Shown: positions 50,177 through 60,856, numbered from the stretch's first letter. The stretch is 64,000 nt of DNA from Promethearchaeota archaeon Loki_b32 (GCA_005223125.1 NJBH01000007.1:1-64000); one strand, 5' to 3'. A program made the numbers and translations. The notes: generated by a model not told the origin, from the sequence alone.

Positions 50177-51190
50177 ATGTCAGTCGATCGAAAAAAACTT
50201 GAAGCATTACTAAAATGGTATAAGCAAGAAATAGGAGAAAATTTAATTGCGGCTCTTATCGTGAATAGAGAAGGGTTAGTAATGTCTGCTTTAAAAGGGT
50301 CTTCTGAGGCAGAGGTAGAAGAAGATGTGATTGGCGGTGTTAGTGCACTGGTAGAACCCGTTTTAACTAGAATCACAGAAGAGTTTAGTTCTGGTTCTTT
50401 TGGAACTGGAACCTTTGATACAGAAGAACAAAGGTTCATTTTTTGTGAAGCTGGTCCAGAAGCTATTTTTGTGACAGTTTTAACTTCAGTTTCAATGGTG
50501 GATCCTGTCTTTCCATATGCATATTTAGCTGCTGAAAAAATTGCCAGAATTTTTGATGGAAGAACGGTAAGTCCTGTAATTCCTAAATTAGTCTCTGAAA
50601 TGGAAACTAAAAATATTGAAAGGAAAGTAGATACGCTTCAAAAAATTAAGGTACAGTCTGGAGAATATGCCTTTAAGCTTATCCTAGGTGGCGAAGGGGG
50701 AGTGGGAAAGACAAGCTTGGTTCATCGTTTTGTTGAAGATGCATTTCAAACTGACTATAAATCTACAATTGGAACATCAATAATGAAAAAAGAATGTGAT
50801 TTTCAAGGATTAGAATCAAAAGTTCGCTTTGTTATCTGGGATTTAGCAGGACAAGCGCAATTTAAACGTGTAAGGCAAACATATTTAAGCAATGCCGAAG
50901 CAGGTATTTTAGTTTATGATGTAACTCGCAAAGAAACCTTCGTTAAATTAGAGAATTGGTTCAATGAAATTAAGGAGGTTTCTTCAACGATTTCACTAAT
51001 CCTAGTGGGAAATAAGATAGATCTAGAAGATCAACGTGTTGTATCGCTTAAACAAGGAGAAGAACTCGCACAAAAATTGAACCTTTCATATATTGAAACA
51101 TCGGCCAAAACAGGGGAAAATATAAATGATGCATTTAAAATGCTCGGTTTACAATTGATTAAACGTTATGTTTTTACTGAAGAAGTATGA
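50177..51190 (+). CDS. Roadblock-domain/Rab-like small GTPase fusion
   Basis: N-terminal roadblock pattern (AALIVNREGLVM); G1 GEGGVGKTS, G2 YKSTIG, G3 WDLAGQ, G4 NKID, G5 ETSAK. Confidence 0.92.
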   Translation: MSVDRKKLEALLKWYKQEIGENLIAALIVNREGLVMSALKGSSEAEVEEDVIGGVSALVEPVLTRITEEFSSGSFGTGTFDTEEQRFIFCEAGPEAIFVTVLTSVSMVDPVFPYAYLAAEKIARIFDGRTVSPVIPKLVSEMETKNIERKVDTLQKIKVQSGEYAFKLILGGEGGVGKTSLVHRFVEDAFQTDYKSTIGTSIMKKECDFQGLESKVRFVIWDLAGQAQFKRVRQTYLSNAEAGILVYDVTRKETFVKLENWFNEIKEVSSTISLILVGNKIDLEDQRVVSLKQGEELAQKLNLSYIETSAKTGENINDAFKMLGLQLIKRYVFTEEV

Positions 51191-51194
51191 TGAA

Positions 51195-51296
51195 AGCCTC
51201 TGGGGGGAATTGAACCCCCGACCTACAGATTACGAATCTTTAGCATTTTCTTCAAAGTGACATTTAATGTTGCTATACCCACTAAGCCACAGAGGC
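51195..51296 (-). tRNA. tRNA-Thr(CGT) with intron in the 5' anticodon stem (about 51239-51267)
   Basis: GCCTCTG/CAGAGGC acceptor; ACA|GA-TTCGTAA-TCTGT; GGGGG-TTCAATT-CCCCC; spliced length 73 nt. Confidence 0.85.
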
Positions 51297-51362
51297 AAGA
51301 AATTTTAAAAATACGAGTTTCTTCAAAAATTATAATTGTAATAAAATTTTAAATGTTATTTA

Positions 51363-52388
51363 ATGAATAATAATCTTCAGGTAGGAAATTTAGGAGAAAT
51401 AAAAATAATAAAGCTTATAGAAGAACTGGTTTTGAAGAAAACCGGAAAAGAACTATTAAGAGATGATTCTTTTTTTTTTGAATTTAAAAACGAATATTCA
51501 AATAGAAACATTGTTTTAAATTCTGATATGTTAGTCTCCACAACAGATGCCCCACCTCAAATGAATTCATATCAGATCGGTAGGAAATCTGTATTAATGA
51601 ATGTGAGTGATTTATTGGTTAAAGGTGTTAGACCAAGTGGTTTAATTATATCTTTTGGTCTTCCAAGGGAATTGAAAAAATATGAGTTTATTGAATTATT
51701 AAATGGGATTATTGATTATAGTGTTAAATTTAATCTGGATTATATTGGGGGAGATGTTAATGAAACAAAAGAATTAATCATAAATCCAACTGTATTTGGT
51801 TTTAAAAATCCTTCAGCAATAATTTATAGGAAGGGGATAAATGTAGGTGATATCTTAATAGCTAATAATAAATTTGGTTTAACTGGAGTAGGGTTTGACA
51901 TTCTTTTAAACAAAAGAGGCGATTATCATGAGTTTCCAAATTATGAAAGATCTATTATGAGTGTCTTAGAGCCTAAAATCACCGGAAATGAAGCGTTCAT
52001 ATTATCAGAAAGAAATATAGCAACTTCAAGCATAGATTCCTCTGATGGATTATCAAAGTCTTTACAAGATTTGATGCTTTCAAATCCAAATGTGGGATTT
52101 GAAATTAATTTTAATGAGGATCTTATTGATAATGAAGCGTTAAAATACTCGAATGAATTCAATGTTTCTTTAGAAGAATTAGTTTTAAATGGCGGAGAAG
52201 AATTTATTCATTTATTTACTTTAGATCCTAAAGATTTTAACGCAGCTCAAAAAGAAATTCAATCGAGAAACGGACAGATTTTTAGAATAGGAAAAGTGGT
52301 TTCTGAGGAAAACGTTATTATTGTTAAAGAAGGGGAAAAAAAAGAAATTAAGAGTTATGGTTTCGAACATTTCAGTAAAAAGGCTTAA
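51363..52388 (+). CDS. thiL: Thiamine-monophosphate kinase
   Basis: GE..II, DD, NVSDL..KG..P, IGGD, IDSSDGL, GGEEF, GFEHF. Confidence 0.9.
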   Translation: MNNNLQVGNLGEIKIIKLIEELVLKKTGKELLRDDSFFFEFKNEYSNRNIVLNSDMLVSTTDAPPQMNSYQIGRKSVLMNVSDLLVKGVRPSGLIISFGLPRELKKYEFIELLNGIIDYSVKFNLDYIGGDVNETKELIINPTVFGFKNPSAIIYRKGINVGDILIANNKFGLTGVGFDILLNKRGDYHEFPNYERSIMSVLEPKITGNEAFILSERNIATSSIDSSDGLSKSLQDLMLSNPNVGFEINFNEDLIDNEALKYSNEFNVSLEELVLNGGEEFIHLFTLDPKDFNAAQKEIQSRNGQIFRIGKVVSEENVIIVKEGEKKEIKSYGFEHFSKKA

Positions 52389-52513
52389 AATTTAGTATAT
52401 TTTTATATATTATTTAAAAATTGAAGGAAAGAAACTCATTTAAATAAAATTTTTATATTATAATGGATTTATTCTTATACAATTCACGCCTAAACATAAA
52501 TTAAAATCGTTAT

Positions 52514-52617
52514 GGGCTATTGGCGCAGGCAGGTAGCGCAGCAGGCTTTTAACCTGACATTTATGGGAAGATCTCCCTTAAAAAGAAAGGTCAGGGGTTC
52601 AATTCCCCTATAGCCCG
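52514..52617 (+). tRNA. tRNA-Lys(TTT) with intron at the anticodon-stem/variable-loop junction (about 52558-52587)
   Basis: GGGCTAT/ATAGCCC acceptor; GCAGG-CTTTTAA-CCTG; AGGGG-TTCAATT-CCCCT; spliced length 74 nt. Confidence 0.85.
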
Positions 52618-52767
52618 TTTATTTTATATATATGTTGTATATAGTATATCCATATTTTTTTACCTTCCGTCTCAGAAAAGGTAAAAGAAATAATACTTAG
52701 ATAAAAAAAGATTTATGAGATCTTTAACTTTATTATTAATAAAACACTCCCTTCGCAACTATTTATC

Positions 52768-53772
52768 ATGGAAAATTTAGAGTGTAAATTACCTTCCGAT
52801 GAACCTGAACAATTAATAGTTAAATCCCAGGATAATTCTGACCCAAATTATGGATATGATCCTGAAAAAAGAAGTATTGAATCCCTTCTCCAATATGGAG
52901 TAATAAATCTTGACAAACCAAGTGGTCCAACTAGTCATGAAGTAGTATCATGGGCTCGGAAAATTTTGGGGATTTCAAATGCGGGTCATGGTGGAACTCT
53001 GGATCCAAAAGTTACTGGTGTTTTACCTTGTGCTCTTGGAAAAGCTACGCGTGTATTATCAGCACTGCTAAATGCTGGAAAAGAATATATAGGTGTAATG
53101 GATTTACACACTCCAGAAAAACGAAAAAGGATAGAAAAAATATTTAAATTATTTACGGGTAAAATTTATCAAAGGCCTCCTTTAAAGTCATCTGTGGTGA
53201 GAAAATTAAGGATAAGAGAAATTTATTATAGCGAGGTTATTGACGTTGATAATAATCACGTATTATTTCGTATTGGATGTGAAGCTGGAACCTACGTAAG
53301 AAAATATTGCTTTGATTTAGGAGAAGCTCTTTGTTCAGGAGCTCATATGCTCGAACTAAGACGAACAAGGGTGGGTGATTTTAAAGAAAATGATAATCTA
53401 ATAACTTTACAAAATTTAAAAGATGCTTTTACCATTTATCAAACAGAGAGAGACGATAAATATTTGAAAAAGTTAATATTTCCAATGGAAAAGATGGTAT
53501 CTCATTTACCAAAGATTTATGTCAGAGATACTGCTGTAGATGCTTTATGTCATGGAGCAGGTTTAGCATCTGCGGGTATTTGTTATATAGATGCAAGAAT
53601 AAAGTCAAATATGTTAATTGCACTTATGACATTAAAAAAGGAATTAATAGGGTTTGGGATTGCTCTCAAAGACGCGTTTCAAATTAATAAAGCTAAATCT
53701 GGAATACTCGTAAAATCTAATAAGGTTTTTATGGAGAGAGGAATATATCCACGATGGGTTGAGAAAAAATAA
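52768..53772 (+). CDS. cbf5: H/ACA pseudouridine synthase Cbf5
   Basis: NLDKPSGPTSHEV, GHGGTLDPKVTG, YQRPP..S.V, CEAGTYVR, PUA domain. Confidence 0.95.
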   Translation: MENLECKLPSDEPEQLIVKSQDNSDPNYGYDPEKRSIESLLQYGVINLDKPSGPTSHEVVSWARKILGISNAGHGGTLDPKVTGVLPCALGKATRVLSALLNAGKEYIGVMDLHTPEKRKRIEKIFKLFTGKIYQRPPLKSSVVRKLRIREIYYSEVIDVDNNHVLFRIGCEAGTYVRKYCFDLGEALCSGAHMLELRRTRVGDFKENDNLITLQNLKDAFTIYQTERDDKYLKKLIFPMEKMVSHLPKIYVRDTAVDALCHGAGLASAGICYIDARIKSNMLIALMTLKKELIGFGIALKDAFQINKAKSGILVKSNKVFMERGIYPRWVEKK

Positions 53773-53797
53773 TTTGATTTAATTAACTTAATTTTTT

Positions 53798-54436
53798 ATG
53801 ATGGAAAATAATAGTAACCATTATTATAGTAAATTTCCTGATGCTAATGTAAAAATTCATACAATTTCAGAAAGCTTAAGACGACATCTTTACATTTTTA
53901 AAACAATTACGGGTGTATTTTCTTATAAAAGACTGGATTTAGGCACTAAGGTTTTTATCGAAAATATATATATCCCCGAAGAAACGAGTAATTTACTTGA
54001 TTTAGGATGCGGTTATGGTCCAATAGGAATTGTCTTGAGTTATGAATCACCTCAAAGTTCTGTTTATCTAATAGATATAAACAAGCGAGCTGTTTGGTGT
54101 ACAAGGGAAAATGTTAAATTAAATCTTCAAGAGAGAAAAAAAAATATTTATAGTTTATCAGGTAATTATTTTGAACCAATTAAAAACAAACATTTGAAAT
54201 TTGATGGTATTTATATGAATCCTCCTTTACGGCAAGGAAGAAAAGAATTTTTGAAGGTAATGCATGATATTTCTTCGTATTTAAAAACAAATGGTTCCTT
54301 TCAATTTGTAATAAAGAAAAAAATGGGAGCAGCCTATATTTTAAAATATTTTAAGGATACCTTTCCAGATGAAAATATCGAGATTATATGTAAAAGAAGT
54401 GGTTATTGGGTTTTTAAATGCTTTCATCAGCTATGA
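53798..54436 (+). CDS. Class I SAM methyltransferase (RsmC/MTS-like)
   Basis: GVFS...LD.GT, LLDLGCGYGPIG, DINKRA, MNPP. Confidence 0.85.
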   Translation: MMENNSNHYYSKFPDANVKIHTISESLRRHLYIFKTITGVFSYKRLDLGTKVFIENIYIPEETSNLLDLGCGYGPIGIVLSYESPQSSVYLIDINKRAVWCTRENVKLNLQERKKNIYSLSGNYFEPIKNKHLKFDGIYMNPPLRQGRKEFLKVMHDISSYLKTNGSFQFVIKKKMGAAYILKYFKDTFPDENIEIICKRSGYWVFKCFHQL

Positions 54437-54544
54437 TTTATTAAAATCCTCGTTTGTTATGAGAAAAATGGGGAAAAAATGGAAAAATTTTTTAGACTGG
54501 TATCATTTCATTAGTTATAATTCATAAAAAGAGTTGATTTTTCC

Positions 54545-54802
54545 TTGACAAAAAAAAAACGGATAGATGTTTTACTCCATAAATTTGTCCCTAAGCATGT
54601 CCTTTTAACTAAAGAAGAATCGCAAAATCTTTTAGAAAAATATCGAATTGAAGTAAATGATTTACCACAGATGTTTGAAAAAGATCCGGTTGCGATCGCC
54701 ATCGGGGCAAAAGAGGGGGATATTGTAAAAATAATTCGAGATTCTAATACAACTGTTAAATCAGTAAATTATTACCGTTATGTAAAAAAGGAAAAAGTTT
54801 AG
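54545..54802 (+). CDS. rpoH: RNA polymerase subunit H (Rpo5)
   Basis: H.FVPKHVLL...LP.....DPVA..IGAK.GDIVKIIR.S...YYRYV. Confidence 0.95.
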   Translation: MTKKKRIDVLLHKFVPKHVLLTKEESQNLLEKYRIEVNDLPQMFEKDPVAIAIGAKEGDIVKIIRDSNTTVKSVNYYRYVKKEKV

Positions 54803-54847
54803 TATAATTTTTTATGAAAATGAATAGATAATATGGTTTTATGAATT

Positions 54848-57800
54848 TTGAGCTCAGAAAAATTATCAAATACTGATAAATGGATTATTTTAAAAAGTTT
54901 ATTTGATGAAAAAGGTTTAGTACGTCAACACCTGGATTCATATAATAGCTTTATCGAATATGAAATGCAAACGATTGTTGATGAGTCAGGTGAAGTGATT
55001 CCTGATATTCCAGGTTTTAAAATTAAATTTGGAAAAATTAAGATTGGAGTACCAAAAGTTAGAGAAGCTGATGGTGCTACTATGGAGATTACTCCAATAG
55101 AAGCAAGAATTAGGGAATTAAGTTATGCTGCAGATATTACCTTAGAAATGACTCCAATAACTATTGATGAAAGAACACAGAGAGAAGAAGCAGAGGAAAC
55201 TTTAGATATATATATTGGAAAAATTCCGATAATGCTTAAGAGTTGTCGATGCCCATTAGAAAGCCTCTCAGAACAAGAGCTTATTAATAGAGGAGAAGAC
55301 CCATTAGATCCTGGAGGGTATTTCATAATAAATGGAACTGAAAGAGTTCTTGTTACTCAAGAAGATCTTGCACCAAATAGAATATTAGCTGAAGAAGCTA
55401 GTAGAAGTTCGAGTGCTACTCATCAAGCTAAAGTTTTTTCGACAAGAAGTGGTTTTAGAGCACCTGTCACAATAGAGCGAAAAAAAGATGGAAACCTTAG
55501 AGTATCTTTTCCATCAGTTCCAGGAAAAATACCCTTAGCAATTTTAATGCGTGCTCTAGGATTACATTCAGATAGAGAGATTTTTGAAGCAATCTCAGAA
55601 AATGATGAAATTCAGAAAGAATTAATACCAGTAATAGATGTTGCTTCTGAGATCCAAGTATTAAAAGATCCAGAGAAATCTCAACAAAATGCTCTTGATT
55701 ATATAGGAAAAAGAGTTGCAATTGGTCAAACAAAAGATTATCGTATTAGAAGAGCACTTCAAGTTCTAGATCGATATCTTTTACCGCACATAGGTAATGC
55801 GGAAGAGGATAGAATTAAAAAAGCATATTATTTAGGACAAATGGCACAGAAAGTAATGGAACTTGCTTTGAGTTTAAGAGAACCTGATGATAAAGATCAT
55901 TATGCAAATAAAAGATTAAAATTAGCTGGAGAATTATTCACATCTCTATTTAGAGTGGCTTTTTTAAATCTTGTTAAAGATATTAAATATCAATTAGAAA
56001 GAACAGCTGTTCGCGGAAGAGCTCCAAATATAAAAACTGCTGTAAGGGCTGATGTTATTACAGAAAGAATTAGACATGCATTAGCCACGGGTAATTGGGT
56101 CGGAGGTAAAGCAGGTGTTAGCCAGCTTTTAAATAGAACTAATCATGTTGGTACGTTAAGCCATTTGAGAAGAGTTATATCGCCCCTAAGTCGTAGTCAA
56201 CCGCATTTTGAAGCTAGAGATTTACATCCGACTCAATGGGGAAAAATTTGCCCTGCAGAAACTCCTGAAGGTCCAAATTGTGGATTAGTTAAGAATTTAG
56301 GGTTAGCTTCAATAATATCCGTAGGAACAGATGAGAGAATAATTGAAAATATATTAATTGATTTAGGAGTCATCCCCATAAATGAAGTTAAAAATATAAA
56401 AGGAGATAAAGTAAAAGTTTTTCTAAATGGGAAATTAGTAGGTATACATCAACAATATAATCCATTCATACGCCAACTTAGAGAAAAGCGAAGAAAAGGT
56501 GAGATTGGTCAACATGTAAACATCGGTTATTATCACGATTCAAGGGAAATCCAAATAAATTGTGATGCTGGTAGAGCAACTCGACCTTTATTTGTCTTGA
56601 AGAATAAAGACTTACTTGTTTCAAAAGAAGATATTGATAAATTAATACAAAAGAAGTACATTTGGTCAGATTTAATTCAAAAGGGTGTCATTGAATATTT
56701 AGATGCTGAAGAAGAAGAAAATGCTTACATTGCTATGTTTGAGGAAGATATATCTCCAGAACATACTCACTTAGAGATATCTCCTGCCGCAATTCTTGGG
56801 ATTTGTGCTTCTATTATTCCTTTTCCAGAACATAACCAGTCCCCTAGAAACACATATGAAGCAGGAATGGTAAAACAAGCGTTAGGTTTATTCGCAGCAA
56901 ATATGCACTTAAGATTAGACACTAGAGGACATACATTACATTATCCACAACAACCACTAGTAAAAACTAGTCCCATGGAGATCATTGGAATAAATAAACG
57001 ACCTGCTGGTCAGAATTTTATCATTGCCATGATGAGTTTCGAAGGATTCAATATTGAAGATGCGATAATTATAAATAAAGCCTCAATTGAGAGAGGTCTT
57101 GCACGTAGTCATTTTTTCAGAACATATGATGCCGAGGAAAGAAAATATCCTGGTGGAGAGGTTGATAAATTTGAGATTCCAGAAAGAGGTGTAAGAGGAT
57201 TCAAATCAGCTGAATCATATAGATTACTATCAGAAGTAGATGGAATAATAGAACCAGAGACTCAAGTAAACGGAGGAGATGTACTAATTGGTAGAACTTC
57301 TCCTCCCAGATTTATAAAATCATATGAAGAATTTGAGCTTATGCAACCAAACAGGCGTGAAACTTCAAAAAATATGCGACATAATGAACAAGGTATTGTT
57401 GATACGGTAATTATTTCTGAAACTGTAGATGGAAATAAATTAGTCAAAATAAAAGTTAGAGATTTAAGAATTCCAGAATTAGGAGATAAGTTTTCGTCTC
57501 GTCATGGTCAAAAAGGAGTATTAGGATTAGTTGTTGAACAAGCAGATATGCCTTATACGGCTTCTGGTGTAATTCCAGATATTATTGTAAATCCCCACGC
57601 AATGCCTTCGAGAATGACTTTAGGACAATTATTTGAAGGAATCAGTGGAAAAATAGCATGTACAACAGGGAAATTAGGAGATGCAACCGCTTTCGAATGG
57701 ACTGATATAACAAAGCTTCAAGAACAATTAGTAGAGGCGGGATTTGAATTTAATGGAAGAGAGGTTATGTACAATGGTATTACAGGGGATAAATATGAAG

Positions 57801-58219
57801 CAGGAATTTATTGTACTCCAATCTACTACCAGAAATTATATCATTTAGTCGCTGATAAACTCCACGCAAGAGCGAGAGGACCTGTTCAAATTTTAACTCG
57901 ACAACCCACAGAGGGTCGTGCTCGTGAGGGAGGATTAAGATTTGGAGAAATGGAGAGGGATTGTTTAGTTGGTCATGGTTCTGCGCTATTATTAAAAGAA
58001 AGATTATTAGATGAATCTGATAGAACTGTAATATTGGTATGCGAAAAATGTGGGCTTTTAGCTGTGTATGATCGAAACCGCGACAAGCGATATTGTCCAG
58101 TATGTGGAGAGGGAACTATCATTTCTAAGGTTGTTTGTTCATACGCTTTTAAATTATTACTACAAGAGATGATGAGCTTAGGTCTAGCTCCAAGACTTAA
58201 ATTAAAAGAAAAAATATAA
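54848..58219 (+). CDS. rpoB: RNA polymerase subunit B (Rpo2, unsplit)
   Basis: GYFIINGTERV, ETPEGPNCGLVK, GDKFSSRHGQKG, RFGEMERD. Confidence 0.98.
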   Translation: MSSEKLSNTDKWIILKSLFDEKGLVRQHLDSYNSFIEYEMQTIVDESGEVIPDIPGFKIKFGKIKIGVPKVREADGATMEITPIEARIRELSYAADITLEMTPITIDERTQREEAEETLDIYIGKIPIMLKSCRCPLESLSEQELINRGEDPLDPGGYFIINGTERVLVTQEDLAPNRILAEEASRSSSATHQAKVFSTRSGFRAPVTIERKKDGNLRVSFPSVPGKIPLAILMRALGLHSDREIFEAISENDEIQKELIPVIDVASEIQVLKDPEKSQQNALDYIGKRVAIGQTKDYRIRRALQVLDRYLLPHIGNAEEDRIKKAYYLGQMAQKVMELALSLREPDDKDHYANKRLKLAGELFTSLFRVAFLNLVKDIKYQLERTAVRGRAPNIKTAVRADVITERIRHALATGNWVGGKAGVSQLLNRTNHVGTLSHLRRVISPLSRSQPHFEARDLHPTQWGKICPAETPEGPNCGLVKNLGLASIISVGTDERIIENILIDLGVIPINEVKNIKGDKVKVFLNGKLVGIHQQYNPFIRQLREKRRKGEIGQHVNIGYYHDSREIQINCDAGRATRPLFVLKNKDLLVSKEDIDKLIQKKYIWSDLIQKGVIEYLDAEEEENAYIAMFEEDISPEHTHLEISPAAILGICASIIPFPEHNQSPRNTYEAGMVKQALGLFAANMHLRLDTRGHTLHYPQQPLVKTSPMEIIGINKRPAGQNFIIAMMSFEGFNIEDAIIINKASIERGLARSHFFRTYDAEERKYPGGEVDKFEIPERGVRGFKSAESYRLLSEVDGIIEPETQVNGGDVLIGRTSPPRFIKSYEEFELMQPNRRETSKNMRHNEQGIVDTVIISETVDGNKLVKIKVRDLRIPELGDKFSSRHGQKGVLGLVVEQADMPYTASGVIPDIIVNPHAMPSRMTLGQLFEGISGKIACTTGKLGDATAFEWTDITKLQEQLVEAGFEFNGREVMYNGITGDKYEAGIYCTPIYYQKLYHLVADKLHARARGPVQILTRQPTEGRAREGGLRFGEMERDCLVGHGSALLLKERLLDESDRTVILVCEKCGLLAVYDRNRDKRYCPVCGEGTIISKVVCSYAFKLLLQEMMSLGLAPRLKLKEKI

Positions 58220-58315
58220 TGAATTGAAAGCTATTCAGTTCTTTTTAAAAAAATCTTTTTTCTTTGAAAAGAAAAAAAAAAATAAATTATTTACTTTTTA
58301 TAATTTCAGTTTGTT

Positions 58316-58756
58316 TTAGAACCCGACTCCTAAAAATGTGTATAATTCAGGTATTAAACAATAAATTATGTATAGTATAAACAGTGTCAGTAGAGAGATC
58401 CACACAGAATTATCCCACGGTATATCTATTAGGAATTTTACCAGAACTAATAAAATTAGAAATCCGAAGATTGGAACTAAACGAATTAAAAAATCCTGTC
58501 CACCATCATCAATTGCGTTTCTAATTTCAGCTAAAGCACCTCCAATAGTACTTAAAACGGTTCCTATTGCATTTAAAACAACTGGCAAAAGCAAAACAAC
58601 AATAAATGCTAATAAAATTATCAGAAATTTCTTATCAGAAGCTTTAGTTTTAGATTCTAGAAGTAGTACAACGATATAAATGATAAGTGTGACTACAACT
58701 GTTGCTAATATTAACCACAATACAAAAAGTAAAGGCTCTGGGTCTTGAAAAAGCAT
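58316..58756 (-). CDS. Membrane protein (4 TM), unknown function
   Basis: Four hydrophobic segments. Confidence 0.7.
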   Translation of the reverse strand: MLFQDPEPLLFVLWLILATVVVTLIIYIVVLLLESKTKASDKKFLIILLAFIVVLLLPVVLNAIGTVLSTIGGALAEIRNAIDDGGQDFLIRLVPIFGFLILLVLVKFLIDIPWDNSVWISLLTLFILYIIYCLIPELYTFLGVGF

Positions 58757-58946
58757 ATTAATAATCCTATTTATGTGTTTTTAGTTAATTTTTAATTTAA
58801 ATAATTTGTAATAAAAATATTACACTTCTTCTCTTTTAAATATTGACAAAACAAATTATAAAAGTGATAAATTGAAGAAATAAGGAAGGAAACCCTTTAG
58901 TTGTTGAAAAATAATTCTTGATTTAATGGATATTTAGATACTTGAA

Positions 58947-59153
58947 TTATATTCCCCATGATAACAAGAAAAAATGAAGAGCAAATCCAAGGAATATTGA
59001 TGCAATCACTATACTAATGATTGATAGTCGGACAGATACTTCTCTTCCATATTTAGTATATAATATTAAAATTGTTAAAGATACTAACCCTATAATAAGA
59101 AATAACCACGCAAAAACCCATAATGATAAAGAAGGAATACTAGTCATAACCAA
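58947..59153 (-). CDS. OST5/TMEM258-like two-TM protein
   Basis: L.IG...-YTKYGRE-...SIVIASIFLGFALHFFLLSWGI resembles the TMEM258 C-terminus as recalled ([22 protein letters not shown]). Confidence 0.65.
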   Translation of the reverse strand: MVMTSIPSLSLWVFAWLFLIIGLVSLTILILYTKYGREVSVRLSIISIVIASIFLGFALHFFLLSWGI

Positions 59154-59301
59154 TTAAAATAATTTTTTTGTGTTCTGTATTTTTAGATATATTTTATATT
59201 TTTTTAATTTTATTAATGAATAAAATTTATAATTATAATCTTTTGATATTAAATAAATAGAACTAAAATTTAATTTAGAGAAAATTAAACAGATAAAAAA
59301 G

Positions 59302-60084
59302 ATGCATTTTCTAAAAAATGTTGTTGAAACACCGATTCTGGATGATCCAGCAAGAAATCATAAGAATATTCATCGACATTTCTACAGATATTCCAGAGGA
59401 GATTTTGTAGGTCCAGCTTTGAAAATTTCGCAAACGAAGGCAAAATTAACTCTAAGAGGAAGCCATGAATATGAGGATTTGATTCTTGAGATAGTTGCAA
59501 GTGGAATTTCTAATCCAGATGATATTTTTGAAATTATAGGGAGATTAATTTCGGGATCAGATATAAGTGATATTATTAGTGATTTAGGACTTAATTGGAA
59601 TCTTAAACAAACCACTGGTCAAACTAAAAAATACAAAGCGGAGATAATTGATAACATAAGTAAAAATCCTTTATTAGAGAGCATTGAAGCTTTTCGTGAA
59701 AATAGCTATTTATTATTATCATTTAATATAAATCCAAATTGTAAGGTCACCACCAAAAAAAATATACCCCAACCTTCAAAAAAGAAAGCAGAAGATGATG
59801 ATGTAAATAAAAGAATTAAATTTTGCACGGGTTATATCAACAATACTGAAAGAAACCATATCAATATTTTTGAGAATGTACTCCCTGATTTTAAGTCAGA
59901 GCTCCCTAAAAGTTGGAAGACACTAACAATTTTTAATAATTACAAGATTACTGAAATTGAACTCCCTAAAAATGTCACAAATTCAAAATTATTGAGAGTA
60001 ATGGCAATACGAAAAGGAAAATTATTTCGAACACTTGATATAGACGGGGAACTTATAGAAAAACAATATTCTATTGTCGTCTAA
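59302..60084 (+). CDS. Conserved-looking archaeal hypothetical protein
   Basis: HRHFYRYSRGDF.GP, R.AIRKGK..R; function unknown. Confidence 0.65.
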   Translation: MHFLKNVVETPILDDPARNHKNIHRHFYRYSRGDFVGPALKISQTKAKLTLRGSHEYEDLILEIVASGISNPDDIFEIIGRLISGSDISDIISDLGLNWNLKQTTGQTKKYKAEIIDNISKNPLLESIEAFRENSYLLLSFNINPNCKVTTKKNIPQPSKKKAEDDDVNKRIKFCTGYINNTERNHINIFENVLPDFKSELPKSWKTLTIFNNYKITEIELPKNVTNSKLLRVMAIRKGKLFRTLDIDGELIEKQYSIVV

Positions 60085-60175
60085 TGAATAAAATCAAATT
60101 ATTTAAAGAGACATTTTAACAAAAATTTAATTCTTATGAAAAATAATTATATTTCATATTAAAATCAAAAATTGA

Positions 60176-60766
60176 ATGAGGCTAAGTCATATTAAAGAAT
60201 TAAATCCTTTCTTGCGATCTTTTCTATACATTATCAGTGGCGATATTGCAATTTATGTAGGAATGGAACTTCTAAATTCTGAATCTGTAGATATCACCGA
60301 CGAAGATATAACGGAAAATATAAAGGAAAGTATTAAAGGTTCTGATATTGACTTTGAACCAAATGATTCTGAAATCTTAAAATTGAATACTGTCCGTAAA
60401 ACACTTTATAAACTATATTCTGAAAAACTGGCTCAATTTAGGCGCATTAGAGATAAATCAACGGGATGGTTTATTTACTATTGGTGGCATGAATTTGATT
60501 TATTTGAAGAAATTCTTCTGGAAAAAAAAAATTTAATTGAAAGTAAATTGCGAGATAGATTACAATTTGAACAAAATAACTATTTTTTTTATTGTAAAAA
60601 TTGCCAAGAATCAAATATTAAATATAATTTTGATAAGGCATTTGAACTAAATTTTAGGTGTCCTGATTGTGGAAATCCTCTCGAAGCTCAAGATAATCAA
60701 TCTATCATTGAATATTTAAAGAATAAAATTGGCGTAATTCAAAATATTAAAATTTCAATTGATTAA
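60176..60766 (+). CDS. tfe: Transcription factor E alpha (TFE)
   Basis: TDEDI...LNTVRKTLYKLY...RRIRDKSTGWFIYYW; C..C...FRCPDCG zinc ribbon. Confidence 0.93.
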   Translation: MRLSHIKELNPFLRSFLYIISGDIAIYVGMELLNSESVDITDEDITENIKESIKGSDIDFEPNDSEILKLNTVRKTLYKLYSEKLAQFRRIRDKSTGWFIYYWWHEFDLFEEILLEKKNLIESKLRDRLQFEQNNYFFYCKNCQESNIKYNFDKAFELNFRCPDCGNPLEAQDNQSIIEYLKNKIGVIQNIKISID

Positions 60767-60856
60767 GAAAATCATTTGTAATTAACATATTACTATGAAA
60801 AGAATATTTTTTTAATTAGTACACAATCTATTAGAATAATTAGGTTAAGCTATTTT

